Positions 46,261 through 59,113 of a stretch of DNA of 64,000 nt are shown here, piece by piece. A program made the position numbers and the translations under genes. This DNA comes from the human T2T-CHM13v2.0 reference genome, Homo sapiens. The DNA is taken from the NCBI RefSeq assembly GCF_009914755.1, contig NC_060943.1; one strand, given 5' to 3'. Each line of letters begins with the position of its first letter. Positions within the stretch are counted from its first letter, which is position 1. A model generated the notes under the pieces. The model searched no databases, was not told the DNA's origin, and worked only from the letters and a program-made list of their open reading frames with translations.

Positions 46261-47282
46261 CCCCCCTTGTGAATTGTTGAACTCAAAGTTTAAGGTTTCC
46301 CTTAATTATAGTCATTTGACCTTCCTCACTTCCAAGAGCTCAGGAGAAACTTTCCCATCGGCGATAAAGCAACATTTTATATAAATTGCAAAAATTAAAC
46401 CACAGAGCCAATTACTGCCTGAGCTGCTCACACAGTGTTTCAGGGGACGTTGAAGAAAGGGTTCTGACCTTGAGAAATCTTCTCAGCTCTGGTTCTCAAT
46501 TTTCTGACCTATAAGATAAGAAAATGAACTCAACCATCTCCAGTGGCTCATTCCTCTATGATAAAATATCTAACCCTAATTGTCTTGGCAAAGACAGCCC
46601 CTTGGCATCAGGGAGGCTGTTGTACAAGGTCTGACCCACTTCTCATTCAATTTATTCAGAAAAGCATGTGTTCGTAAAACCTTCCTTCATGGCCAAGCTG
46701 GCGTGTAAACGGCTGCTCATCGCAGCCAGCACTTAAGAATACTGAGCTCTTGATATGGTTCAAAATGAAGAGAGACAGGCAGCCTGTGCTCTGCCTGAGT
46801 ATCTCCTCCTGGGGCACCACAGTCTGTCCCCAGCCCCACCAAGGCAGCAATGGGGACCCTTGACATCAAGGGTAGATTTAAACATCAAAGTCCCGTTGAA
46901 CCCAGGCATGAAATTTCCCCAGATGTGTTCACATTCAGGTTACAAATGAAGTGGAAAAGGCTTAAGACACATGCAAAAACCTCTTGACAAAAACATCAGG
47001 GAAATATTTGTGGATGAATTCGAGGAGGTTTCAGAAGGTCGATTCTTCCCTCAAATACGATAATCTAGCAATAATCTCACCAAGCAATCTGCATGCTTGA
47101 AGATGGTCACATTTGTTGTTAAGTTTATGTCAATTTAAGGTCAAATATATGTGACTGTAAATATATGACCTTATGTAAGGAAAGTATCTACACACATACG
47201 TAATAAATATGCAACTAACATTTAATTAACTGATTCTGTGCACTAAGTAATTTCCAAAGGTATACTATACTATCATCTTTGA

Positions 47283-47592
47283 TTTTTTTTTCTTTTCTTT
47301 TCTTTTTTTTTGAGACGGTTTTACTCTTGTCATCCAGGCTGGAGTGCAATGGCACAATCTCGGCCTACTGCAACCTCTGCCTCCTGGGTTCAAGCGATTC
47401 TCCTGCATCAGACTCCTGAGTAGCCGGGATTAAAGGTGCCCACCACCATGCCCAGCTAATTTTTGTATTTTTAGTAGAGACGGGGTTTCACCATGTTGGC
47501 CAGGCTAGTCTCGAACTCCTGACCTCAGGTGATCTGCCCACCTCGGCCTCCTAAAATCCTGGGATTACAGGCATGAGCCACCGTGCCTGGCC
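47283..47592 (-). mobile_element. AluSq-like
   Basis: TTTTACTCTTGTC..GAGTGCAATGGC; approximate TSD CTTTGATT; inserted in a MIR (47600-47720). Confidence 0.92.
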
Positions 47593-48587
47593 CACCTTTG
47601 ATTCTTTAAAGTTCCACTTTACACATCAGGAAAACTGAGGCTCGGGAAGGTGAAACAACCCGTCCAAGACCACACAGCTAGGATGGGCAGAAACCTAGCA
47701 GTGCTGGACTTTTCACTCGGCTAGCTGGGCACCAATGCTTTGAGTCTAATGCTTATGCTTTGGGTTATGACATCATCCTTCCTCTCATGCTGCATGGAAA
47801 TTAAGAGTTCCCTGAACCTTGTTAAATCAACAGATAACCTTTCTGTCCACACGGTGAGGATGGCAGCATTCACAACCTCCTTTTATTTGACCAGAGGTGT
47901 TCAGACACATGCATGTCCTTGATAAGAGTCAGATACAATTAGAGAGAGTGCGAAGGAACTGGAAGGAGCTGTGGATTGAGAGCACTGTGTAATCTCGACC
48001 TCCCGTGCCTTCGGGGCTAATATGTCAAGGTTTCCACGGACCCCCTGGACACTTAAGGACTTGTGTGCATGCATGGAGTACTCTTCCTCTGTCTTTTGGA
48101 AAGCCATGGATAAAATAATGACAAGAGACAATGCTGGCCACCTACTGTGCATGAGGTTGTGCTCTCTCAGCCACCCTACAAGGCTGGAACTTGCCCCTAC
48201 TTGACCTGGGCTGCAAATGAGAAATTTACAGCCAGGAGCTCTCAGGGTCTGAGGGAGAGCCCCGATCCCAGGGCAGGACCCAGAGGTCTGATTTGTCTGC
48301 TCTGACCTGATAGGTTCTCCTCACTCTCTGAAAGAAAGCCTGCGAGAGCAAACTGGCCTTTGCACCCCATCTGTCTGGAATGCCCTCTTTCCCAGGAGCC
48401 TCACCTCTCCCTGCCTGTACAACTCCTAAGGCTCCAGGGACCAGCTCTAACTTCCTCTCCTTGGTGCTGCAGCCTCTGCTGCTCTAGCAGAGGGAGGAGG
48501 GTCCTTGCTCTGAGCCCCTGCTACTCCTTTGAGGTGCCTTAGGCCCAGCAACAATGGGCTGTCCATTGCTGGCTGGTTTATCCCCAT

Positions 48588-48970
48588 GTGTGACAGTCCA
48601 TTTGCATTGCTGTAAAGGAACACCTGCGATTGGGTGATATATAAAGAAACGAGGTTTATTTAGCTCACAGTTCTGCAGCCGTGCAAGCAGCATGGTGCTG
48701 GCATCTGCTCCTGGTGAGGCCTCAGGAAACTTACAATCACGGTGGAAGGAGGAGAGGGAGCAGGCGAGTGTCACATGGAGAGAAAGGAAGCAAGAGAGAG
48801 AACCTTTAGACAACCAGCTCTTGTGTGAACTCATTACCTCAGAGAGCACACCAAGCCATTCATGAGGGATCCGCCCCCATGACCCAATCAGCTCCCACCA
48901 GGCCCCACCTCCAACACTGGGAATCACATTTCAACAGAGATTTGGAGGGGACACACACCCAAACCATCTA
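48588..48970 (-). mobile_element. MSTB-like MaLR solo LTR
   Basis: CATTTGCATTGCTGTAAAGGAACACCTG..GGTGAGGCCTCAGGAAACTTACAATCA..GATTTGGAGGGGACA. Confidence 0.88.
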
Positions 48971-50024
48971 AGCGCTGGAGGCTGGAGCTCCGTGGCAAGC
49001 TTGTGCCTGGACTGCAGCGCTAACCACTAGCACCGACAGGCCTGTCCTCAGCTTCTCTCTGGCAGCAGCTGGCCTGTGGCCTCCTCTGCCTCTCCCTGCA
49101 ACCAGCTAATGACCCCTTCCCTCTAGAGGCTTCAGGGTCCTTCAATCTGTGCCCTTCTCCCCCAAAGCCCCTCGCCTGAGCTCACAGCAGGCTGTCACAT
49201 ATGCTGGCCTTGTTCAGGCCCTAGAAATGGCTTTTGGATCAGTGTTTCTTTCCTGCACCTTCTTCAAGAGAGCTGAGGCTCAGCAGGGCCCAGGCCTGGC
49301 CACAGGGATTGTCAATGATTCTTCAGAGGCTATTGACAAGGCCCCACCTGGCAAGCTGGCATCCGAGGACCCAGGCAGGACCTGAGCCCTGCTGCCTCAG
49401 CAGCCAGCTTCCTGTAGGCCCCTGAACACACTTTCCAAACTGAGGACTGATTCTCATCATGGCCATACTCCTGTCTCCCAGCTCCTGCTCCCACAGAGCT
49501 TCCTGCTCTAGAACCAAGCTTTCTTAGAGTCTCCCCGCCCTGCCTCGACCCAGGCTGGCCTTTGCAGTGGAGGCAGCCCCACCCAGAGCCAGAGCTTCAC
49601 CACCTCTGCCAACTGCAAGCAGCCCCCGCCTTGTGCTGGCAGGTATGGCGAAAATGGGAGAGACTGAGTTCCAGTTGGGAGGAGAGAGAGACAGGAGATG
49701 AGGAGAACATGAGCTCAGTAATTCAGCTTGAGTACCTAACACAGACATGGGGTGAGGGGGCTCCGTAGGACCATGGGAGCGTTCTGCACTGACCTGCATA
49801 GGATAGGGCTTGAATAAAGTTTTACTCGAATCACTTTTCCCACCATTGAACATGGACTGTATATTCAGCTCTGCAATTTGCACTTCCATTTAGTATTTTT
49901 AAAAAAGGTTTCCATGTCAATCCACACTGACCCATAATAGAGCTGCTTCGAGCATCATCAGATTGGGAGCTGCAGAGGGGCGGGGGACGGAGCTGCCCCT
50001 CGTGCTCCTTCCTCCTTTCCCCCA

Positions 50025-50402
50025 CCACACACTCAGACACATACACAGAGAGACATACACAGACACGCACACACACACAAACACAGACATGCACAGAGAC
50101 ACACACAGGCACACACACACACAGACACATAAACACAGACACACACAGACACACACACAGAGACACACATAAACACACAGACACACACACAAACATACAC
50201 ATACACACACATACACAGAGGCATAAAAAGATACACACAAAGAGAAACACACACAGATACACACAGAGAGACATAGACATACACAGAAACACACAGACAA
50301 GTACAGACACACACAGAAAGATACTCACATAGACACACAGAGGGACATACACACAAAGACATACAGACACACACACAAAGACACACACATGGGCACACAT
50401 AC
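50025..50402. repeat. Degenerate (CA)/(CAGA) low-complexity tract, about 380 bp
   Basis: ACACACAGACAC-type units throughout. Confidence 0.93.
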
Positions 50403-50984
50403 AGTGCAGAGTTTCTTTACAGCCAGAGTTCAGCCAGAGCTTGCAGAAAAGGGGGAGACACTGATGACCTTAGCGGTGCCACCCTGTCAGAGTATACAGG
50501 GTCATGTTTCTCTGCAGTGGGGTTGTCAGTAACAGCTAGGCCCTGTCCCTTTCCTGGAGAAGCAGGTGTGAAAAGTCAGAGTTACCGTGTACAGCCAGCT
50601 CTGCTGAGGCACTCAAGCCGGCACCTCCACCTGACCCGGCACAGCCCTGTGCCCCAGTGCCGGTACCATCACCTGCCCACACCACCCTTGGGCTGCCTCT
50701 CCCTGTGCCGAAGCTGAGTAATCTATACTCAGAACTTTCCTGGAGATGGGTTTACAGTCACAGGCATGCACAGGTCGTCTTTTCCAAGTAGCTGTGTGTG
50801 TGTGCTCCTGAAGACCTGTGCACTCTCAGCGACCCATTAGGCCAAGAGTACCAAGCCATGCACAGCCTGCCAGGAGCCGACTTGGTGCAAGGAGGGAGAG
50901 GTGGCTGTTTGCGTGTGAGCTGTTAGGGTTGGGCGCTGCCAGAAACTTAGAAGGTCATGAAGTTTCATGTTGGAGAAACCAGAG

Positions 50985-51170
50985 ATCAGACCTTGTTCTA
51001 CTGTGTGACTATGGCTCAGCTGGTCAACCTCTCTAAGCCTCAGTTTCCTCATCTTTTACAGATGGGGCTAACAAGAGTTGTCCCATAACAAATGATTGGC
51101 ATTAAGGAATACAGTCAGTGTAAAACACGCAGCTTTCTCGTAGCATCACTAAATACTATTCATCGTGTTT
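50985..51170 (+). mobile_element. MIR
   Basis: CTCTCTAAGCCTCAGTTTCCTCATCTTTTACAGATGGGG. Confidence 0.75.
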
Positions 51171-54100
51171 TGGTCATGGAGAGCCACCATGGAGCTATAA
51201 GATTTTATACAGAGATGTGGAGTGTGTATGAGGGTACATGGCAGGCACATCACCCTGGAGTGAGATGTCTGTGGGATTTTGTCTTGACAGATGCCTCCAT
51301 GGGCATTCCGAAGTCAGAAGAGTAAGCTTATAAAGTAATGGTGTAAGTTCATAAAGCTTCTTCCCAGAAATGGAAGCTGTCATTTCCACCCAGGTTTCAG
51401 TAGCATGTGCGTCACTGGCTGCGCCTCCTCATCCCATTTTCCAAGGTTTGAATCCTACTGGGTGGCCCAGCAGGGGCCCCCTACAGGGCTCAGGGCTATA
51501 AGGCTCTTGAAATTAAGACGTGGAGGAAAGGGGGTGTTAACGAAGAGCGTATTTCATCCCAGCATGTATGGCTGGTTCTGAAAGTTCCTCTGACCCCACC
51601 CTTCAACCAGTGGCTGCGTTGCGGGTACCACTAAGCTGATAGTAAGTATGACAGGAAGATACACCATCTTTTGTTTCATATTTTATTTTCTCAATACTGC
51701 TATAAAAAGATAATTGTCACAAAAAAAATCCTTCATTCCTTTTTCCAGGGGCCCTCTTTATTTGTTGATTTTCAAATTATTCCTTTGTTAAGGGCCTTTT
51801 CTGTATCCTCCTTGTTAATTTTCTCTTCCATTGTTACTTTAATGCACCGGATCCTTGGTTATCAGCGGGTGTGCATAGGATGCAAACAGTTCTCTCTCAT
51901 CACTTTCATTAACTTCATGAAATTCTTCTCTAAGATCTGTAATTTTACTTTAAGCAGTTTGCATTTTGTAGTCAGAGGTTTACAGCAGCCAACAAGGAGC
52001 AGGAAGTGGAGTGGAGAAAAACGTTAGTATGACAAAGTTGGAGACAGACAGACCAGCAGTAACACAGGAGGGATGTTTCAGAGGAGACTAGTTTTATAAG
52101 GCCCAGAATATCACTCTATTCTAGCTTCTCAAAAGATTAATTATCAGATAATAATGACCTGTCCCCCTACACCAGATGAGACTTGCTCCTAACAGAACAT
52201 TTAAAGTTTCAGGTAAATTATCTTTCCAAGTGCTGTCTTTGTATTAGTTCCTGGAGTTGATGAAGGTGGTCAGACCAGAGACATTTATGAAGTACTTACA
52301 TAATTCTTGGCATGCTTTCAATGTTTAAGACTTGTCATAGTCCCCATGTATTGATCTAAACTCAGGAATGCAAAAGCTATTCTCAAGGGAGCCTGGTAAG
52401 AGATTGTGTCTGCTGCACAGGTCCAGCCCCAGCCCCTAAATTAATCCCGCTCAATTCAAAGCCTCCTTTCTTCCAAGTTAGAAGTGACAGGCCAGGTCCT
52501 CTCTCATACAAGCAGCTCTCAGGAGGGCTCCAGCTGAGAAACTTGCTGTCTCATTTGTTTCTCGAACACACGCCCCATGGAATGCATGTGTCATTTCTGT
52601 AGCATAAGGAATGTGCCCGCACTTCATGCCTCCTGTCTGTTCGTTAGTTCGTAATTAAGTATGCACAGCTACAGATGTGTCGCGGAAAGACATCATCCGA
52701 GTCTTGACAAAGAACCAAAATTATTCATATAATTTATCATCCCAGCCATCTTGAATGCTAACGAGAACCGTCCTTGATTGGAATTGTCAAGAAACATTTG
52801 CACCCATGTCCTATCAGGGAGCATTTCCTCCGCCAGATGCTGCCTTTCATACCAACGACAAAGACTCTCTCGTGCTTTCTCCCTGGCCTTTACAGAAACC
52901 AAATGCAATAAAACAAGCAGTTCTCCCTTCCCCCTTTTCTCTGATGCACAGTTTTCCAAAGGGCTTGCAGTTTTCAGGTTTTCTGGTGAGGGGCATTGCA
53001 ATTGTTAGCTTGTTCTTTAAAGCCTGTTGTGAGAGCAGTAACACAGATCTGTCTAACACATGTTCCTAGCATCAGAGTCCAGGGATAGGTACTTAGATGC
53101 AAGATTCTTTTCTGCTCTTAGATGCAAGATTCTCTTCTGCCCAGAAGGAAATTCAGGAGTGTGGAAACCACTGGCTGTTTGACCCAGGTCCACCCAAAAG
53201 TGACCCAGTTTTGGAGAACTGGCTTGCTTTGGGGTTTTGCTCAGATATGAGGACACACTCCCAAATGTCATTTTTAGAGGTGGTGGCACATTTAGGAGAC
53301 TGAAGAGTCAGTGTTCTGTTACCGGGATGAAAAGGAAGAAGCAATGCATTTGGAACATATTGGAAGGAAGAGATATAGCTCCCTGGGAAGAGCCTTCAAT
53401 TTCCAAGCCCTCTTTGCATCCTTAGGGACAGTATCAGTGCTTCTTTGGGAAAAAGGAGAGATCTGTCTACTTATTGTTTTGTGCACTCCCCAAGCCTGCT
53501 GTATGTCCATCTGCAACACTAACTTTTAATTCATCAAGATAAGTAGGTTTTGAATGTAGCATTTTGTCCTCATATTCAGTGTTCATAAGTTAATCTGCAA
53601 ATTGTTGTTTTGATTGGAAAATGCATTAAGCACAAACCCATCTGATTATCCCTGGGCTAGAGGCTTGGTCAGACCCCCAGGAAGAGGGCTGGGGTCAGAG
53701 AGGTCTGACAATGAAATCTGTTGCAGAGAGCTCTGGTGGGCTCCAGTTCTCAGCACCAGAGTTGTGCAAGGCTTGGGGTGGTCTGGAAAAGCTTCAGAAA
53801 GGTTACCTTGTGAAGTGTTCTAGGAACTCTGAAAGAGACTGGATAGAACTGAATGTTCACACAGGAAGTGGTTATCTCCCTGTAAGTGTGTATTATTATA
53901 ATTGGCCAACTTTTTCACTTCGTTACCCAGCAGGAGAAACAGCATACACCAACTTCACTAGACTTTTGCTTTCAAAGACTCCCTACTCACATAACCCGTC
54001 AATCCACCTGGCTGTTTCAGAGGTAACTTCATTGTAGAGATGGAGAGCCTGAGACTGGAAGGTAAGACCAAGATGCACAATTCTCTCTCAATTTCTTCTT

Positions 54101-54536
54101 TATCTTTCCCACTTTCCTACTTTCCTACATCAGCAGGCAGTGGCATCACAGCCTTATCCTCCCTCAGAACCTAAATCAGACTTATCAGATGATTCTGAGG
54201 GTTCAGTTAACCCTGAAATTTCCAGACAGACCACTGCTCCCCCATAGAGTATCTGGGGTCATGGGTAGCTCTGCTTTTAAGCATTCTATCCCTCATTCAC
54301 TGAGGTCCAGATATTAAATCAGCACTCAAGATAGTAGAGAGAACAGGATCCCACCATACCCACAGCAATTTTAAGGGTGGCATGGAAATCTGCCTCATGG
54401 AGGTCTGAAGTGCAAAGTACATGTATGTGGGAGAGGCAGATGGAGACAGGAATGATATGTTTTATTAAGATAGGAAAATGTGGATAAATAAGTGAGCTCA
54501 CTCATAATCCTTTCCCAAAGGAAAGTCATAAGGCTA

Positions 54537-55094
<558 letters not shown>

Positions 55095-55339
55095 TTAACC
55101 AGGTGGGAAGTTAAGAAAATACAATAAAAGACAATTTTACTCCTACCAGACAGGGAAAACTGTGAAGTCTGACAACTTCAAGTGTAGGTAAGGAAGAAGA
55201 GCAACAGAAATTCTCATGCACTGATGATGGGATAGCATATTGATACAACCTCCTTGAAAAATCATTTGTTATTACCTAGTAAGTTAAATATGCACCTACT
55301 GTCTAACCAAGCAATTCCACTCTTTAAGTATATACTGTA

Positions 55340-56216
55340 GGAGTCGTTCTTAATGCAGGCATTACCACACCCTAGAGGGAGTCTTGGAAGCCTGCAAATG
55401 TCACAATGAGTAAAGAGTGCTACTGGCATTTAGTAAGTAGAGCAAGGAATGCTAAACATCATATGGTTTCTGGGGCATTTCCGCCTAAAGATGAATTAGC
55501 CTGCATTGCACATGACTACATGTGGGACCACATAATTTATGCAAGTGAATGTCTGTTGATACTTACCTGATCCTGCAATCTAACTCTAACTTTATTTTAC
55601 ATATAAACAGTTAAAAAAAAAACTCAAATGCATTGTTTTCCTGTCTTTAACATATTGAATTTTTCAGGAAGGCAACCACTTTTCTGAAAAATATTCCTTT
55701 TATTGAAGGGATATTGTGCTTTCTGTTGTTATTGTTGTTTAGAACTTTACCAAGAATTGATTAACATTATAGAAAATCATTTCTCTGCTGGGAATCTCGT
55801 ACGTGGTATTTGGGCTATCAACCCAAAACACCTATGACTGTTTGCATTTGTAGCTGGAACAATCATGGTAATTCTACCCACAGGTGCAAACATCTGACAT
55901 TGTTATTCTAGCTTCTGATGTAATTGTTCCTCAAATTTTACATACTGGTCCAACCACCTTTTATTATAAATTGCTTTGTCTTATTTCTTTTTTATATCAC
56001 ATTCAGAGCATTACATTGATTTCTTAAAATTCTGTGGGTAAGTGGGTTATAGTACATGATCTATAGTATAGATAGATAGCATTCTATCTATACTATAGAT
56101 AAAATCTATACCATAGATAGCACTTACCCATAGAATTTCAAGAATTTTATTTCAAGATAGTAAAAAGAACATCACAAAATACTTGTCAGAAGGGTGGTGC
56201 TGGTGTTGAGAATAAT
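55340..56216. mobile_element. MER20B-like hAT-Charlie DNA transposon
   Basis: TGTCACAATGAG..GTGCTACTGGCATTTAGT..GCTAAACATC; 3' part TTTCAAGATAGTAAA..GTTGAGAA. Confidence 0.65.
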
Positions 56217-58517
56217 AATTCTTTTGGGGTATATGTACCCCAAAGCCATGTACAAAAGGGTTAACAGCAGCATGACTAATAAAAGCAAAAAAAGGCAAAA
56301 AAAAAAAAAGAAAAAAAAGAAAACCCAAAACTCTGAAAACAACCAAAGTAACCATTAACAGCAAACTGGATAAATGCATGTTATGAAATACTATATAGCA
56401 GTGAAATAAATTAACAGTTATATTCATTATGATGGGTAAATTTCTGAAAGCATAATATGGAGCAAAAACAGCATATTGCAAAACACATATATAGAGTGGA
56501 AACATTTAAATTTCAGTTTCAGAAATGGGCATGACTAAATATCCTATTTAGGAACACACGCAGTTTGTGAAAGCTATGCAGAAAATTGAAGAACAGTGAA
56601 CACAAACTCCAGGGTAATGGTTACCTGGAAGGGGAGGGATGAGTCTGGGAGGGGCACATGGGATGATGTTTTCTTTCTTAAACTGGATAGTAGGTTCACG
56701 ACTGCTCATTTTATTATTTTAAACTATAAAAATATTACATACCTTTTAAGACAGAACATATTTCACAATTTAAAAACTTTTAAAAATCAGAACCTCCCAA
56801 TCTATCCAAGCCTTTAGTTGACTGGACTTTTTAAAAATCCCATCTTAGCTTGTTCCAAGGATTGGCAGAAAGACAAATGAAACTGCCAGGTCTCTTCTGG
56901 GTTTAGTACGTACTCTTTGTAGCACTATGTCCTGGCACCTGTCTGGGGACGTCTGGCCAGGGGACACTGTTGATGCCGGAATGAATCATCATGTTGATGT
57001 TGGAATGGGTCTCAGCATCCCTGCAGCCTCCCAAAGGGGCTATCCAGCCTCTGGACACCATGGGGGCTAGCATCTGGGAGAATTCTTGCAGCAGAATCAG
57101 AGGAAGGGTTGCCGTTGCCATGAGAATGCAGTCGCATCTCAGGGGAGTTCTGACTGAGTTCCTTGGCCCTGAGTGATCCATTCTCTACCTCTAATGGGTC
57201 ACCTGTCCTCCTCCATTGCTTCTAATGTCAACTGCACAGGTGCCCAGGCTTACAGAGGCTCCACCAACCCCTAAGGCTGCGGGGTGGAGACCAGGTTTGG
57301 CAAGGCAGATATCATTTTATTTGAGGGATTTTGACTAAACGGGAAGAGGGAGAAGCTGCATATTCAGAATGAAAATGAGAGCTGATAACAGTGCCTTCAG
57401 CGGGCTAGCCACTTGCTGGGTTCTAGAACACCGCAGGGATGACAATTCTCAACCTGAAGAACTCAGGCTCCCCCGGGATCAAATCCCCATGCACTGCAAG
57501 CTTCTCGCCAGCAGGGGCTGTGTCTCCATGCCCTGGTCCCAGGCGCTGAGCTTGGCCAATTCTAGGTGGTTGCAGTCTTGAAGGAGGCACATTGAAGAAG
57601 TAGCTGAAAGAGGAAGGCAGAGCAGATCTAATAAATGACAAATCGGTGGTTCAGACACTGCGAGCAAAACAAAGACCTCACGTTGGGTTAGAGAGGCCTG
57701 AAAGGGTCTCCTGTAGAAGCAGAACTAGAAAGAAAGGTGGGTATGAGACGGGTGCAGAAGGAGGGGCTGGGGTCGGGGACATCGGGGTGTGGAAATAGAG
57801 AAGAAAGACTAGGAGGTGGGCAGACACGGGGAGCTGCCAGGCATGAGGGGCAGGCAGCTCTTGCAGTCGATGGGTGACATGTTGGCTACTGCCACATCTT
57901 GGGGGCCTTAGATGCTGCACTGAGGGTCCCCGGTGTAGTTTTGCAGGCAACAAGGAGTTGTAAACGATGTTTTTGTGTCCCGTCCCTGGCCCAGCTCAGA
58001 CTTCAGCTGCAACTCTCCTGCCAGGGTCAGCTCCCACCTCAAGCACCTTCTGAATTTCTGTACTTTTCCTCCCTGGGCCCTTCCCCATCTCTGTGGAGCT
58101 CCCTCTGCTGCTTCCAGCAAAACCCAGAAGTGCAGCAGAGTTTTTGGCCTGGGTGGGAACACATGCCCAGGCCCCATGCTGCAGAGTGGGCATGTCCTAG
58201 GCACGGAGGAGCAGGTTTTCAGAGGCAGCTCACAGAACTGAGCCCCAGTGGCCGCAGGGGTGCTGGCTCCAGAAGGCACGCTGGTGGGACATTCTCCCCT
58301 TTCCAGTAGGCTGCCTGCTCCCTCACTCTGCCCCACCTCTCAGGTCCTGGCCTCTGGCCTAGGTTTCAGGGAAACCCGCAAGGGAGGAGGGGCCTTGGAC
58401 ATCCAGGGGAGGGAGGCTCCTGGAGATGTAGCCAACAGAGATGAAACTGTGAGGAGAGAAGGACAGTCAGAGGCCGCCAAGGGCTGTGATGCGGGCAGGG
58501 CAGGAGGCAGTTGAGGT

Positions 58518-59113
58518 TAGAGACAGACACAGCCAGACAGAGACAGGGAGACAGAGAGAGACAGAGACAAGATAGAGAAACAGAGAGAGACTGCCAGAGA
58601 CAGGGCCAGACAGTGAGAAGACAGAGACAGACAGAGAGAGGGACAGATGGACAGAGAGAGGCAGAGACAGGGAAAGATAGATCCAAAGTGACAGAAACAG
58701 AGGAAGACAGAGACTGGGACAGACAAATAGAAGACAGAGAGACAGAGAGTAACAGACGGCCAGAGAGAGACAGAGACAGAGAGAGTGACAGAGGGCCAGA
58801 GAGAGGCAGACACAAGGAAAGATAGACCAAAAGAGATTGAAACAGAGAAACAGAGACTGGGACAGACAATGAGAAGACGAGAGACAGAGACACAGAGAGA
58901 AAGAAAGAGATGGAGAGACAGAGACAGAGAGTGACAGACAGACAGAGAGTGACAGAGAGACAGCCAGAAGAGAGACAGAGAAACAGACAGAAAGAGGCAG
59001 AGACGAGAAAGAGAAACATGGAGAGACAGAGAAACAGAGAGCAACAGAGACAAAGAGACAGACAGAGACAGGGACAGACAGTGAGGAGACAGGGAGAGAC
59101 AAGCACACAGAGA
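58518..59113. repeat. Purine-rich (GAGACA)n-type low-complexity tract, about 600 bp
   Basis: Continuous GA/GACA units; produces the spurious S/L/C/V-rich and R/Q/E-rich ORFs. Confidence 0.95.

Noticed and set aside
49831-50400. C/V-rich 121-189 aa ORFs
   Set aside because: Translations of the CA/TG tract.
58245-58270. CTCF-like GGCCGCAGGGGTGCTG (and similar near 51465 and 57507)
   Set aside because: Each differs from the CTCF core spacing by a base, so not supportable by eye.
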